From Octopus vulgaris (Eukaryota), in NCBI GenBank assembly GCA_951406725.2, contig OX597814.1, positions 12,772,001 to 12,836,000 of the forward strand: 64,000 nucleotides of DNA. Direction: 5' to 3'. Under the pieces are notes generated by a model. That model was given only the letters and a program-made list of their open reading frames with translations. It had not been told where the DNA came from and did not search any database. Below, piece after piece: positions 36,564 through 52,759 of the stretch. How positions within the stretch are numbered: position 1 is the stretch's first letter; each line of letters opens with the position of its first letter. A program made the translations under genes and the position numbers.

Positions 36564-37025
36564 ATGTTACACAAAACATCCACCTGGCTGGATGTTTTGT
36601 GTAACGTGGTTTTTTTATCGCCCCGGTTCACTGCGATTCGTCACATCGTATCATTACACCATCTTCATTACCAACTTCATAATATCTGTTTACGTTGCCA
36701 GGTGATAGCATACGTTTCCACATCAGTTCAATTTGTTTAACTGACAGCAAGAATGTACAAAACAGAAAAATCTGTGAGCATGCTTGAAATCTGTCACATG
36801 ATCAAATAACGTTGTTTATCCTTTGTAACAATATATATATATTATTTGTAAATAGTAAGGGGTTACTCCAAAAATTTACCGGTTTGCTCTCAGGTATTCA
36901 AAATAGGTTATTCAACAGTTAATATATAAATCCAATAATATTCTCATAAGAATTAAAAGTAGCGCTATTGCACATGGTAATAGTACTTATTATACATACA
37001 TGCATAGATAGATATATAGATAGAC

Positions 37026-37067
<42 letters not shown>

Positions 37068-37509
37068 GTAGATAGATAGATACACATATATACACATATA
37101 TATACGCACACACACACACACACACCCATATATGTATATAAATAAACGTGTGTGAAAGCATGCGTTTATTTTTGCATTTATGAATGTCTGTATGGATGTT
37201 TGTGTATATATGTGTGTGTGTGTGTGTGTGTGTGCCAAATTTGTGTTTGTCCACTATCACGCTTGACAACCATTATTTAGTAGTTCGGTAGTAAATGGTA
37301 CCGAACTAGAATGAGTAATGGGTTGATTCACTTGCCTAAATTCAATCAAAGCGGTGCCCGAGCGTAGCTGCAGTCCAAAGACTGAAACAAATAAACATGT
37401 AACAGATAAACACGTATCTGTGTGCAGGAATGTATCTATCTATCCTCCTGTTACTCTCTCTTTTTCTCTCCCTCACTCACTCTCATTCTCTCTTTCTCTT
37501 TCTCTCTCT

Positions 37510-37806
<297 letters not shown>

Positions 37807-38384
37807 AGTATGTACGTATTATATGTCGGATACAATAGCACACTCAACCAAATTAATAGGGCCAGTATATTCCTATTTTCTCAAATAATATATTTCTGAT
37901 TAAAGCATATATTTCGTCAGAATGTTACCATCGTTTTCGAGTCAAATATTGCTACAAGGCGGTATAGATGTTTCTTCAGACAACCTGGCCAGTGACATAT
38001 ATATGCTCCTCAGCACATATTCAGTGATAGCAAATGCATAGGACAATATATTTTGATGGTATTTTGTGGGTGATGATCTAATGCAAAAAGGAAGGGAGAA
38101 AGGAATCCGTTATTCAATAATGTTTCATGTTAAACTTTGAAATGCAGAAGAACTAAAATCCATCGGTGAAAGATGTTAATGATAGTTTGAATGGCAACCA
38201 TAATGACCATGTTAAAACAAATACAATATTGACGATGACAGATATCATTAATAAAAGGGTTACCCCTGCGTGCTACCTTATTTACATGCTGTTAGTTATA
38301 GCTTTATTTGCTTCGAGATTCGCCGTTCCCATATGTATATGCACATACATACATACATGCATACATACACACACACACACATAC

Positions 38385-39095
38385 ATTGTTGTTGGTATCC
38401 TTTATTGTCTCGGGAGACAATGGAGTTGCGCATAAAATAATCTAGTCTGGCTTTTACATTTCATGTCCTCATACATCTTCTGTGGCTGTGTAGTCCTCTC
38501 CTGGATAAACACTCCATCTGGCAGGTGCCGCAAATGTAGCGAAGACATTGCCTGGTTGTTTGTAATGTCATAGTTTCTTGTAGACGTCTTTTCTTGTCTT
38601 TCCATTTGTCTTATCTCCCTCATCCACTCCTTTGTATTCCCTCTTTTACGGTACGTCGTCAATCTCCACGGTTGCCGTAAACTGCTTCCCAGTTGAGAAT
38701 ATTGATGTCGCAGGCCTTCATGCCCCTTTTGCAAACATCCTTGTATCGTAGGCACGGTCTTACCACAGACCTAGTGCTGCTAGCAAGCTCTCCGTTGAGT
38801 ATGTCCTTGGGGATTCTGCCATCTACCATACGGCTGTTACATGCCTTTGAGACATCAGATGATGGAGTGTTTCTCCACAGTAGAGGTGATGGGAAACTGT
38901 TCAATCTCTCGCATCTTGCTAAGACGAAAATCAGAAGCGTCCTGATCAAGGAGATGCTATTTGCTGATGATGCCGCTCTGGTACCATACACAGAAGAAGC
39001 ACTACAAAGGCTCATCAACTGTTTTGAGCAAGCATGTAGCGACTTTGGTTTAGTTATCAGCCTGAAGAAGACCAACATCATGGGTCAAACTACAT
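38385..39095. mobile_element. RTE/BovB-like LINE, truncated with 5' inversion
   Basis: Minus 38385-38832 gives MVDGRIPKDILNGELA..RPCLRYKDVCK and a (caa)n tail. Plus 38833-39095 gives DGKLFNL..EMLFADDAAL..FGLVISLKKT (RT core). Confidence 0.85.
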
Positions 39096-39666
39096 CGGAC
39101 ATCCTATATATGCATACATTTACACACATATATACTGAAAACATGTATAAATATATAGGAAGCAAAACAAAACATGAGCAGTTGTGTATAAGATTGTATA
39201 CGAGATGTTAACTGTATCTTGTTTTCTGCATATATACTGCGCAACACCCGAAAGCGGTTTTAGCTACAAAGTATACAATTACACTGCAGAGATGGTAATA
39301 CGCAAAGAATTCTCAATCAGGGTTATTTATCACACAGTTCAAGTTTTAATATGCTCTGTGCAAAAATGATATATGTATACATGTGTGCGTGCGCATTCGA
39401 AACGATATGATGGCGTGTGTGGGGTGTGTTATATGTGGTGTGAAGAAGGCCAAAATTTTGATTGACGGAGGATAGTGTATAAAGGATTCGAGCTAGTGAT
39501 AGTTCACTGTATGGAGATAGCCATGTGTGAAGTGTGTATCTTGTGTGTGTGTATCGTTCCCTAGTTCAAAAGTGTTCACGTTCATGTGTGCATTTATAAA
39601 TAAGCTGATTCCAATTGAAGAGGGTACAAAATATTGTTTTTTTTTTATTCCGCTACAATATATGTG

Positions 39667-40040
39667 GAAGCGCTCCGTCGGTTACGACGATGAGGGTTCC
39701 GGTTGATCCGACCAATGGAACAGCCTGCTCGTGAAATTAACGTGGCTGAGCACTCCACAGACACGTGTACCCTTAACGTAGTTCTCGGGGATATTCAGCG
39801 TGACACAGAGAGTGACAAGGCCGGCCCTTTGAAATACAGGTACAACAGAAACAGGAAGTAAGAGTGAGAGAAAGTTGTGGTGAAAGAGTACAGCAGGGAT
39901 CACCACCATCCCTGCCGGAGCCTCGTGGAGCTTTAGGTGTTTTCGCTCAATAAACACTCACAACGCCCGGTCTGGGAATCGAAACCACGATCCTACGACC
40001 GCGAGTCCACTGCCCTAACCACTGGGCCATTCCGCCTCCG
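39667..40040 (-). mobile_element. tRNA-derived SINE, family C
   Basis: Minus head ggaggcggaatggcccagtggttagggcagtggactcgcggtcgtaggatcgtggtttcgattccc (A and B boxes). Confidence 0.8.
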
Positions 40041-40150
40041 CTATGATATACAATGGAACTACTACTAAACCACTAAATGAATACGTTCGAATCTTATAAT
40101 AAAGATAGTTTCTTTATTTATATGTATATTTTGTTCTGTTAAAGAATATA

Positions 40151-40236
<86 letters not shown>

Positions 40237-40240
40237 TATG

Positions 40241-40271
<31 letters not shown>

Positions 40272-40274
<3 letters not shown>

Positions 40275-40733
40275 TTGAAAAATGCGCAAAGCAATTATTA
40301 CCACAATTTAGACTAAACAAGGAAACATTCTTCATTGAAAAGTACAAGCCCAGACTTAACCATGCCAACATACTGATACAGAGAAATTCACACCAAGGGA
40401 AAGGAAAAAAATTTAAAAATTTTAAGCGATTATCTCCCTTACACCGGAAGAAATCACTCATTACCTCCCCTTATTTAGAACTCTTTTGAACATGAACATA
40501 AAGATAACTCTGTTCAAGATAAACATAACGTCGTAAGAAATTTGAAAAGCTAAACGCGAAACCGGTCTTTCTTCAAAACTATGTTATTATAAGAAAAAAT
40601 TTTTTAATATTCTTCAGACATATTGACGCAAATATATATATTTTTTAACCTTTAAGCCTTCTGTAGTTGTTTTCACTTTTTACTATTTTCTATATATTCA
40701 ACCATGTTCTTTCACAAACCAACTCTCTTATCT
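40272..40733 (+). mobile_element. 3' fragment of the same Penelope family as 9241-11487
   Basis: [30 protein letters not shown] plus 3' UTR. Hammerhead homologue at 40535-40573 with a GUC triplet and a 1-nt stem I defect. Confidence 0.85.
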
Positions 40734-41719
40734 ATCTATATATATATATATATAGAAGGTTGATTTTGTAGAAAATCTAATAAATATAGGAAGAATAATA
40801 ATTATATAAATTAGTATGTAATTTAATATAAATCTGCTATAAGTATTTGAATCAACAGTATAATTTTGCTTCAAGCTCGAAATATAGATTAATTGAACGA
40901 AGAAAGGAAAACACGAAGACATATTCTACACAGAATAAATATCTCTATCGAAGTCAGTCGTATAAATTATGACATACATTAGCGCGTGTGTTATAAACTT
41001 ACTCGATTTGAAAGCAGAATGCATTGAGTGAAATACTCGCTGTTTATGGTTCATTATTGAGAATTTATCAACCATTTCTTTTTTTATTTTTAAACGTCAT
41101 AACTCTTATAAGCGCCAAAGTTATTTGATTGTAATAATTAAACTTGTAACCTATAGTTGCTGTGACGTCAAAATTTTGTGCAACAATTCTATATTTCATT
41201 ATTTCATACTACAATTATAATAGCTCTAGATTGGTTAGATTCCTTGTTTGTTTCGTCTTTGACTAATTAATTCAACTGTATACTGTGCTATACTGCTATT
41301 GGTCGAATGCATTCTTGACCTTTGGCATGTTGTTATCATTTGCCCAAACAGATCATTCGCAAACTTTCCAACTGATTATTTCTGGAATTTTCTGTTTGTT
41401 CGGTTGACTCCCAGCAACAGACTATGACGTCAAACGAGTGAGATTTGTTGGAAACGAACATCATTATTGTTACTAACGAAAACAGACGAATGGCTTCTCA
41501 CAGCGTCCAAATTATGGATTCGCGCACAGTGTCATATTTATAGACACTCACGCACGCACAAATAACACGCACGCGCACACTCAACACGCCAATATATCTG
41601 CGTGTGTAGGAGCGTGTGTTTGCGTAAGATAGTATAGATATAATACCTCTGGCATATTCGTGTGCTTAAAAAGTTCGCTTCGCAAATGAGTTAATAAATT
41701 TGATTATATATATATATAT

Positions 41720-42065
41720 GCTGAGCTGAGCTGAGATCCCCTTCGGTCATGACTGACCATGGGATTGCACCGAGAAAGTCACCCTCCCAGGCACAAGTCC
41801 AGGCAAGGTTGTTTATGGAAGACCAGCAGTCGCCCATGCATATCGGCGTCCCCTCTCCATGCCACCAGTGTTATCCAAGGGAAAGGCAAAGGGGCTGATA
41901 CAGCTTGGCACCTGTGACGTCGCAACTCATTTCTACGGCTGAGTGAACTGGAGCAACGTGATATAAAGTGTTTTGCTCAAGAACACAACACGCAGCCCGG
42001 TCCGGGTTTCGAACTCACATCCCGATTGTAAGCTCAACGCTCTAACCAATGAGTCATGCGCCTTG
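41720..42065 (-). mobile_element. tRNA-derived SINE, family D
   Basis: Minus head aaggcgcatgactcattggttagagcgttgagcttacaatcgggatgtgagttcgaaacccgg, with a short (ctcag)n tail. Confidence 0.78.
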
Positions 42066-42094
42066 ACACACACAAACACACACACATATATATA

Positions 42095-42483
42095 TATTCA
42101 TATAAATACAGTGTACATTTAAACACATGAGATGACAATCATAGGAGACCTAGCATGCTAGAAGGAGTAACCAAAATCCAAACCACTATTAGGGATAAAT
42201 TTCAAAGGGAATGAAAAATAAAAATATTTATCTCCTGGACCATGGTTTCGAACTGTAAATTAGCAAATAAAGTAATTTCCTAGGCGGAGCTCTCTTCAGC
42301 AGGGACTCCAAGATTAACAAATAAATACGGAGAAATACAGTATATGCCGCGTTCTTATATCATAATTTTTCAAGTCCACCGCACATGCTAGGTCACTAGT
42401 AGTAAAAAATAAAAATTTCTAAAACTTTTTCCAACCCTGATGGTCACCTAAGTGTTTAAATGTACACTGCATTTATATGAATA
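42095..42483. repeat. Inverted repeat (42095-42141 / 42438-42483) enclosing a hammerhead motif; PLE-like terminal structure
   Basis: tattcatataaatacagtgtacatttaaacac pairs with gtgtttaaatgtacactgcatttatatgaata. Inner pair gacctagcatg / catgctaggtc. Confidence 0.75.
42234..42303 (-). ncRNA. Type-I hammerhead ribozyme with canonical core
   Basis: Minus strand: cctg CTGAAGA gagct-[33 nt]-agttc GAAA ccatgg TC cagg. Stem I cctg/cagg, stem II 5 bp, palindromic stem III ACCATGGT, GUC cleavage site. Confidence 0.8.
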
Positions 42484-42695
42484 ATACATAGTCTATTGAC
42501 TAGTTGCCTACATACCAAGGCCAATAGTATTTAAAACAATGTTTCTAAAATTTTTTCCTACCCTGATATTTATTAATTATTGATAATTTTTGGCAAATTT
42601 TCGAAGAAATGCCGGCATTATTTTTACTTGCTGCCGATAAAAAACTGCGCTTGCGTGCTGGATTTGGAATAATTATGATATACAAACACGAGGCA

Positions 42696-42896
42696 CTTTT
42701 AGTGCCTTATAATTTAACACACCGGTAAAACTTCCACTTATTTCTTTCTTTACTTTCCTAAAATTTTCGTTGCGTCTTGCAACAGTTTCAATTGTTTTGA
42801 AAAGTTTGATGGACGCAACGAAAATCTTAGAAAAGTAAGGGAGGAAATAAGTGGAAATCTTACCGGTGAGTGTGTTAAATTATAAGGCACTAAAAG
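42696..42896. repeat. ~200-bp imperfect fold-back (inverted repeat)
   Basis: cttttagtgccttataatttaacac...attttcgttgcgtc pairs with gacgcaacgaaaat...gtgttaaattataaggcactaaaag. Confidence 0.85.
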
Positions 42897-42978
42897 GGAA
42901 TGGCTCTCCCCAGACACAACAGTATATGCTTCAATATATGAACTCACATACAGAATTATGCACACAAATACTCAAACC

Positions 42979-43023
<45 letters not shown>

Positions 43024-43117
43024 ATCCAAACCAGAAAACACAAACAAACACAACAACACGAGGACGTGGAACAAATGTAGTATTATTGGTCGCTCAGGAA
43101 AGAAGGGAAGAAGGAGG

Positions 43118-43152
43118 GTTTAAAGTTTCGAGCGGAGCTCTTCGTCGGAAAC
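43118..43152 (-). ncRNA. Hammerhead-like motif (variant core CCGACGA) in a PLE terminal fragment (~43020-43220)
   Basis: Minus strand: gttt CCGACGA a gagc-tcc-gctc GAAA ct TT aaac. Confidence 0.45.
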
Positions 43153-43233
43153 ATAGGAGAAGGAAAGATCCCGAGAAGGGAAGACAGAGGAAAAAATCGC
43201 CAACGGTACACACGAGGTCACACACACACACAA

Positions 43234-43354
<121 letters not shown>

Positions 43355-43359
43355 GAATA

Positions 43360-46050
<2,691 letters not shown>

Positions 46051-47556
46051 CATATTAGCTTCCCAATAATTAGTAGAAATGGTGCTTCACATACGCACTC
46101 ATAAAAAGCGTTTTTTTTCTTTTTTACATACTCTCACAATTTCCGATACTGCGCTGAGAATTGAGTGGTAAAACAAACACATTATATAGTAAATTTTCAT
46201 CGAACTATGATTTGTGTGTACTCGTACTATTATGAAGAATTAATATAGATCATAATTACAGAAATAATAGATAGAATATATAACATAAATAATGAGCATA
46301 TCCTCAAGGAATACAGAAAATCTAAGAATTCCATATATATAATACACATCGGTTTATAGCACTGCCACGTTAAAAGAAATGTTGGAAAATACGTGAATTT
46401 TAATTGGTTCAGTTCTTAAATTGTACATAGTTTATCGACACCTGTAGGATGAATAGAAATTGAATCCGTCGAAATTTTAATTCAGAATGCAAAAGTGCAT
46501 TTTTGTCTATGTTCTATTATTTATGTGAGAAAAAAATATTGCTTGACATTATACATATCTTTAGCTTAGTGACGGTGACGTATGTGATGAATATACTTTA
46601 CAAATTACATGTTTATTTGTATTAATTTCGGTTATCTCGGTAGCGACCTCTCACGGCGAACATCCGAAGAATGGCGATTAATTTGACATATTGAAATAAA
46701 GTAAGAAATAAATTGGTTTCTTCATCAATTTCAAGCATTTGTATCACCTAAGTGTTTGATCCACTATATAGCCTATTCCTTGTATTAGCTGATAAGCAGT
46801 AATTTAAATGTACATGTTTCATTCATATAAACTTCAGATGTATCAAACGTGAAGCCGTATATAACAAAGGTGACATCTTAATTTGGTTACAGTGCATCTG
46901 ATGGGCTTCAGCATAGTTTGTGTGTATCAAATCTCATTCACGAGACAAGTGTTGTAATTCCTGACTATAACAGATATACCAGTGAATTATAAACACGCCC
47001 TCGTCTAGCGATATCTATACTAAAAATTTCGAGAAGAAAATGAAATTACAGTATCACCGATAAGGTCAGGCTAATTTGGCAATAACAGTAAATGAAACCA
47101 TTGGTCATATTAACATCGTAAAAGAAATATCATCTGATTTATAACCATCACTGTAATTCTCCATGAAACGCAACAAGATTAGTTGAATGAAATAAAACTT
47201 TAAACTATTTTCCCGTCATTTCTGATAAATATTTATTACATGAGTTTAACGAAAATAAATTTGATTAGAAATCAGTAGACACTTTGAAACAAATTGAAAT
47301 GTGTTCAGTGTAATTCCATTTGCTAATCCAAGGATAAATAAAATAAGTGCTCAGTAAAATAATTAGCATGCATTTTTCTATTTAAAAATTAGCTATTCAA
47401 TTTCAAGCATTAAATTTATATTTTTGTAAATCTAATCCATCTCTAACATATAAAAGATTCAATCCTTGCCAATATGTCATTTTACCTCCTATCTTAGCCA
47501 CACAGAAATAAGCATGCACACAAATTCGCAGATACACACACACAGACACACACACA

Positions 47557-47597
<41 letters not shown>

Positions 47598-47964
47598 CAA
47601 ACACAAGAGTAACACATATACACACAATTGTTCTATATTAACGTCTAAAAAGCACAGCTGGAGAAAATTAATTTAAGGCAGGACAACGCAATGAAATCAA
47701 TACTTAAAATACGGTGAAAATATTTCTTTAAATCATGGTATATTTGTCTTTAATTCTATTTGTAATTCCAGTACGTTTTCACATCACTTCTGAGGCGAAT
47801 TTTATAGGCAAGTGTGGCTGTGTGGTAATAATCTGCTTCCCAAACACTTTATTCTGTGTTCAAACCCATAGTGCGTCTCATAATGTGCAAGTGACTTCTA
47901 CATCAACGCGCTGTGGGTATACACACACACTCACACACGCACACACACATACGCACACATATAT

Positions 47965-48430
47965 ATAGGATGAGCCGTAATGATGGGACAAATTTTAAGT
48001 ACTAGTATCTTAGATAAAGAGACATAAAATACCAATTATATGTATTACATAACTGATATACATATTATCGATGATTTTACTATTTTCTACAGTTAGTTGG
48101 TGTTGGTGGTCCTCATAATGCCAAGGGGTTCAAAAGAAGTCGTAGCATTCTTCACCAGCCAAAGATATTATGCAGTGGAATCATACTTCACCAGCCACAG
48201 AAAATTCCGACAGCATTTTGAAAAGCGACAGGCACCATCCTGAAAGGTGATCCTGCGTGTTGTTACAAACTTCCGTGAGACAGGCGATACGGAGAAGAAA
48301 ATTCCTTGGGTCGACTTGAACATCTTGTAGTGCTGAGAACTGCCAAAGTTTAGGGAACGCTAATCAACAAAGCCTCTCGTAGTTCACGCATCGATTGACT
48401 CAACAGTCGAAACTTTCGCGAACCAACATC
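47965..48430 (+). mobile_element. Tc1/IS630-like transposon 5' remnant
   Basis: Begins after a TA run. HTH-like RVVTNFRETGDT fragment with stops. Confidence 0.45.
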
Positions 48431-48479
48431 AGAATGATACATATATGATACATCCAGTGTAACAATTGCTTCCGCCAGA

Positions 48480-48810
48480 TAAGGAGCAAATAAATACTTT
48501 TAGTGATTGGTTTGACAATATGAGCTGTGATTCTGAAGCAGGTCTGCAATCTCTTGTATCAGCATTTGACTCAGCTTTTGATGATTTTGGCTTGACTATC
48601 AACTTAAAAAAGAAACAAGCAGATCTAAGGAAGAATGTTACGATCGAGAAGGTGAATGACAATGACCTTTTTGTGTGCACAGGTTGTGACAGACCATGCT
48701 TTTATTTTGCTAGGCTCAAATCTCATTTGTGAACCCATGGAAAACGAACTACCAACTGATGTGATGTGGTCGCAGACCTTGTCTCACTGCCATGAGAGGA
48801 TTTTCCTGAT
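48480..48810 (+). mobile_element. RTE LINE fragments
   Basis: SEAGLQSLVSAFDSAFDDFGLTINLKK joined to a C-terminal FVCTGCDRPC...LKSH zinc finger. Confidence 0.65.
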
Positions 48811-48849
48811 TGTGTGGCATGTTGTAGTCATGTTGCCACCAAAATCTTC

Positions 48850-49265
48850 TTGCCAACCAAAGTCTTGACGCAGAGTAGCACTACCACCTCCAGGCACTTG
48901 ATGTAGGCCATCCTGTTGAGTGTGACGCCGTGTTGGAAGCTGAATGGAGGCATAACATCGCCATCATTAGTGATCACTCTAAACACCATGATGTTGACTG
49001 GATGTTTGATTTTTATCACTCTGCGCACATGTCCTCAGATTTACACCCAAACACTCTGAAATGTTCGTATTGGAGCTTCTAGCGCGAATGCGAAGCAGTA
49101 CAGCATTCCAAATTGCTGGTAGGGTGAATTGCGTCATGGTGGGGTCTTTCTCACAGATGGTACCCGACTGACCCTACTATACTATGTAGTCAACAAAATC
49201 AAAAACAAACAATGCGCATGCGCTTAATTTAATATGTAATACGGTGACAATTTACCTATCACACG

Positions 49266-49270
<5 letters not shown>
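48850..49270 (-). mobile_element. Tc1/mariner (maT-like) remnant with terminal sequence
   Basis: KHPVNIMVFRVITNDGDVMPPF. End sequence tgacaatttacctatcacacgctgta resembles 18727-18750. Confidence 0.7.
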
Positions 49271-49315
<45 letters not shown>

Positions 49316-49317
49316 CA

Positions 49318-49923
49318 AGCAGTCGATCTATTTGCGGGTGCCTGCCAGCGCGCTGTGGACCGGTTAAAATTTTCCAGGCGTCCCCGTCACCTAAACATCT
49401 CCCCAGCCAAACTCTCGGCCCTTCAATATCTCCGACGCCGTACTGACATCATCATAAAACCGGCCGACATGGGTGGAGCCGTCGTGGCGTATCGCCCGGA
49501 CCTCTACAAGCTCTCCGCCATCTTCAAGACACTTCCTTCTACTGCCTACTGCCCTCTTACCCCACGGTCAGCTACCAAAAACTGTGTCCTCCACTGTCTT
49601 TGACCTCATTTCCTCCTCCCGTCTCCCCCACTGCCTCCAACCTCATTGTCCACATATCTCATCCCCCACGATTTACTTCCTCCCCAACACCCACAACCCT
49701 AGCAACCCTGGCCGCTCCATTGTGTCGGCCTGCAACTGCACCATTCACCATGATACACCACTACACATTCTTTATTTTCTTTCCTTGTTTCTTTCTGCGT
49801 TCCTTTCTGTGGAAGAGCGTAGGGTCGAAACGTTAAAAACTCTTCCACTTCCCGAGCGTTATACTAATACATCTGTTTGTTGTCTACACCACCCGTTTCG
49901 CCTTTTGTTTTTTGGTGAATTTT

Positions 49924-49927
<4 letters not shown>
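49318..49927 (+). mobile_element. Penelope-like RT N-terminal fragment fused to a terminal repeat with a hammerhead-like motif (49803-49838)
   Basis: LRRRTDIIIKPADMGGAVV (KPADKGG motif), PTIYFLPNTHNPSNPGRSIVS, then ttt CTGTGGA a gagc-gtag-ggtc GAAA cg TT aaa. Confidence 0.8.
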
Positions 49928-50012
<85 letters not shown>

Positions 50013-51328
50013 CATTAAGATTATAAGAAATGAATTAAAACGGGAATTTTTAATGCTGTTGATGTATCATGCAAATTACTCACAACATTTTTTATAATCA
50101 TAATAAAATTGTGGTAAACACAGGTTTTTATAAGTATCATAAATCGAGAGAAACATTTTTTTTTCTATAAGTAAGGAGAATAGCATGAAAATGATTGTTT
50201 AGGATTGTGTACTACAGGGTCTATTGTTTGTGATTTATATCAACTTAAAGCAAAATATTGATTTAAAGGTAATAAGCAGATGTTAGAGTTGGACGAACAT
50301 TTAAATGCGATCAAATGACCCACAATTCCATATAAACACAATATCCTTCTGTTTCAGACCCATAACGTGAAAGTTTACCGTCTTGCGTTTGCGTAATCTG
50401 TCTCAAAACACGTATGATTAGTTAATGTTTTCAAAGGTTGCTCTTAATTTTGCAAACAAGCAGATGATTTATTACATGACTTTAGCAGTAGAATATGAAG
50501 ATAAAAGAAATTCAATGATTGGTTGGCCCAGTGTTTAACTTCACTTGCGTTATCTAATTTAAGGCTTTTATAAAGCCCTCTAATACACACGTTACGTTAT
50601 CTAATTCAAATTTTTTATAAAACTCTCTAATAAACACATTACGTTTTAGAATTTACTTTAAAATAACAGACTGTAATGCTAATCCTTCTGGAAGTGTTAT
50701 ATGAACATACTACTAATATAAAGAAATTTGAATTCTGAAACCTTCATTGACGTAAATATTACGTCTATGACGTTACGATAACATAATTAAATTAACAACT
50801 GTTCTTCTCGAATTTTGTAAAATATGAAAAAAATGGTGAGAAAAGAATCGTTTATAAGAAATATTAGAATTAAAGATAATAGAAAGTAAAACACAATAAA
50901 TAACATATGTGAAATTTAAGCAGAAAAGGAGGGGCATAGAGTGTTAAAAAGGGAAGAGCTAACGAAAGAACAGAGAACATTTTTAAAATGTAGAAATAAT
51001 TGCCATTCAATAAAAATGTGATATGTGCTCAATAACAGAGAATTATCTTTTAATGCCATCTTGAAACAATTTAAATTCTATGAAATCCCCTGCTATCCCA
51101 AAGAGCATATTAGACTGTATAGTCGTTCACAGAATAATTTCATAATCGATGTTGGAAATTATAAAACTGCAAAGCAACAATCAAGCATTGATCTTTCTAG
51201 ATATACAGGGAATAAAATACAAAAGTGCTCTTAATGGAAAACCCGCAAGGCGGAAATGTATTGTGAATGCAGAGTGAATTATATGGTGTATACACTATTT
51301 ATACGATGATAATGAAGAGGGCAATAAT

Positions 51329-51590
51329 GGAAGAACGAGAAGAAGAAGAAAAAGAAGTAGTAGTAGAAGAAGAAGAAGAAGAAGAAGAAGAAGAAGAAGA
51401 AGACGAAGAAAAAGAAGAAGAAAAAGAAGAAAAAGAAGAAAAAGAAGAAGACAAAGAAAAAGAAGAAGAAGACGAAGAAAAAGAAGAAAAAGAAGAAAAA
51501 GAAGAAGAAGAAGAAGAGGAAGAAGAAAAAGAAGAAGAAGACGAAGAAGAAAAAGAAGAAGAAGAAGAAGGAAAAGAAGAAGAAGAAGAG
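51329..51590. repeat. (GAA)n degenerate microsatellite
   Basis: Direct inspection. Confidence 0.9.
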
Positions 51591-51599
51591 CAAAAGCTA

Positions 51600-52520
51600 T
51601 AAAACAAATTAAATCCAAATTAAAACTAGAACAGCAACGGACCTTGATAAAACGATGTCAAGAAAAGCCCCTTCATTGCAAATTCTGGGTTGAACTAAAC
51701 GCAAAAGAAGTAGAGAAACATCCCAGCAATTGTTGAGAAACAGAGACTCAAAGAGAGACCCAAAGCAGAGACTGAAGGATTTTTAATTGCAGCACAAGAC
51801 CAAAGCCCCCCCCCCACCAGAAATTACTAAAAACATATAATGAAAAGAAACATAACAAGTAACTTCAAAATATGTGGAGATGGACAAGAAAAATAAATCA
51901 TTATCTCTGTCTGTCCAGTACTGGCTAAGATGGAATATATTCACAGACACGACAGAATTGGGACCTATATACACTGGAAGTTATGCCAACACTATGGAAT
52001 GACAACAGAAAAAAGATGGTATAAGCACAAGCTAGAAAAGGTCACAGAAAACGAAAAAGCAACCATATTGTGGGATATGCGTCTACATGCAGATAGAGAA
52101 ATGAAGGCCAATATGCCAGATATAGTTGTCAGAGATCAAGGAGAAAAAATGCCATCTAATTGATGTATTAGTGCCAGCAGATGACAACGTTTCTCTAAAA
52201 GAAATGGAGAAACTTTCAAAATACAAAGATCTGTAAATAGAGGTAACTCGAATGTGGCGTCTAAAAACAGAAACAAATCCTATCATAGTGGACGCATTTG
52301 GTATGATAAAAAATATTCAGACAAATGCACAACAAACACACCAGTACTTACAAATATATACAACATACAGAAAATTGCACTACTGGTCACTACACGCATC
52401 ATACGCAAAACACTTTCAATACAGTAACTATAAGAGCATCACAGCAAACCACAGCATATACCCAAAGCACACAGAGCTGCACTCGGTAGTGAAATGAAAG
52501 CACCTTATAAAAATAAAACT
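51600..52520 (+). mobile_element. R4/Dong-like non-LTR element 3' portion (restriction-like endonuclease)
   Basis: ETEGFLIAAQDQ, HRHDRIGTYIHWKLC, ILWDM, ANMPDIVVRD and KLSKYKDL. Frameshifted, followed by (AAT)n. Confidence 0.8.
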
Positions 52521-52523
52521 AGT

Positions 52524-52724
<201 letters not shown>

Positions 52725-52759
52725 CAGATATGTCCATTAGCTGTTGTGCGGTAAAGCAA

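Larger units (their letters stand above)
32320..36770 (-). mobile_element. Possible very old LTR-retrotransposon remnant
   Basis: Diverged ~180-bp direct repeats (~32320-32505 and ~36580-36765) flank broken, coding-like minus-strand sequence including CSDCGNGGH (knuckle-like) at ~35600. Confidence 0.35.
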
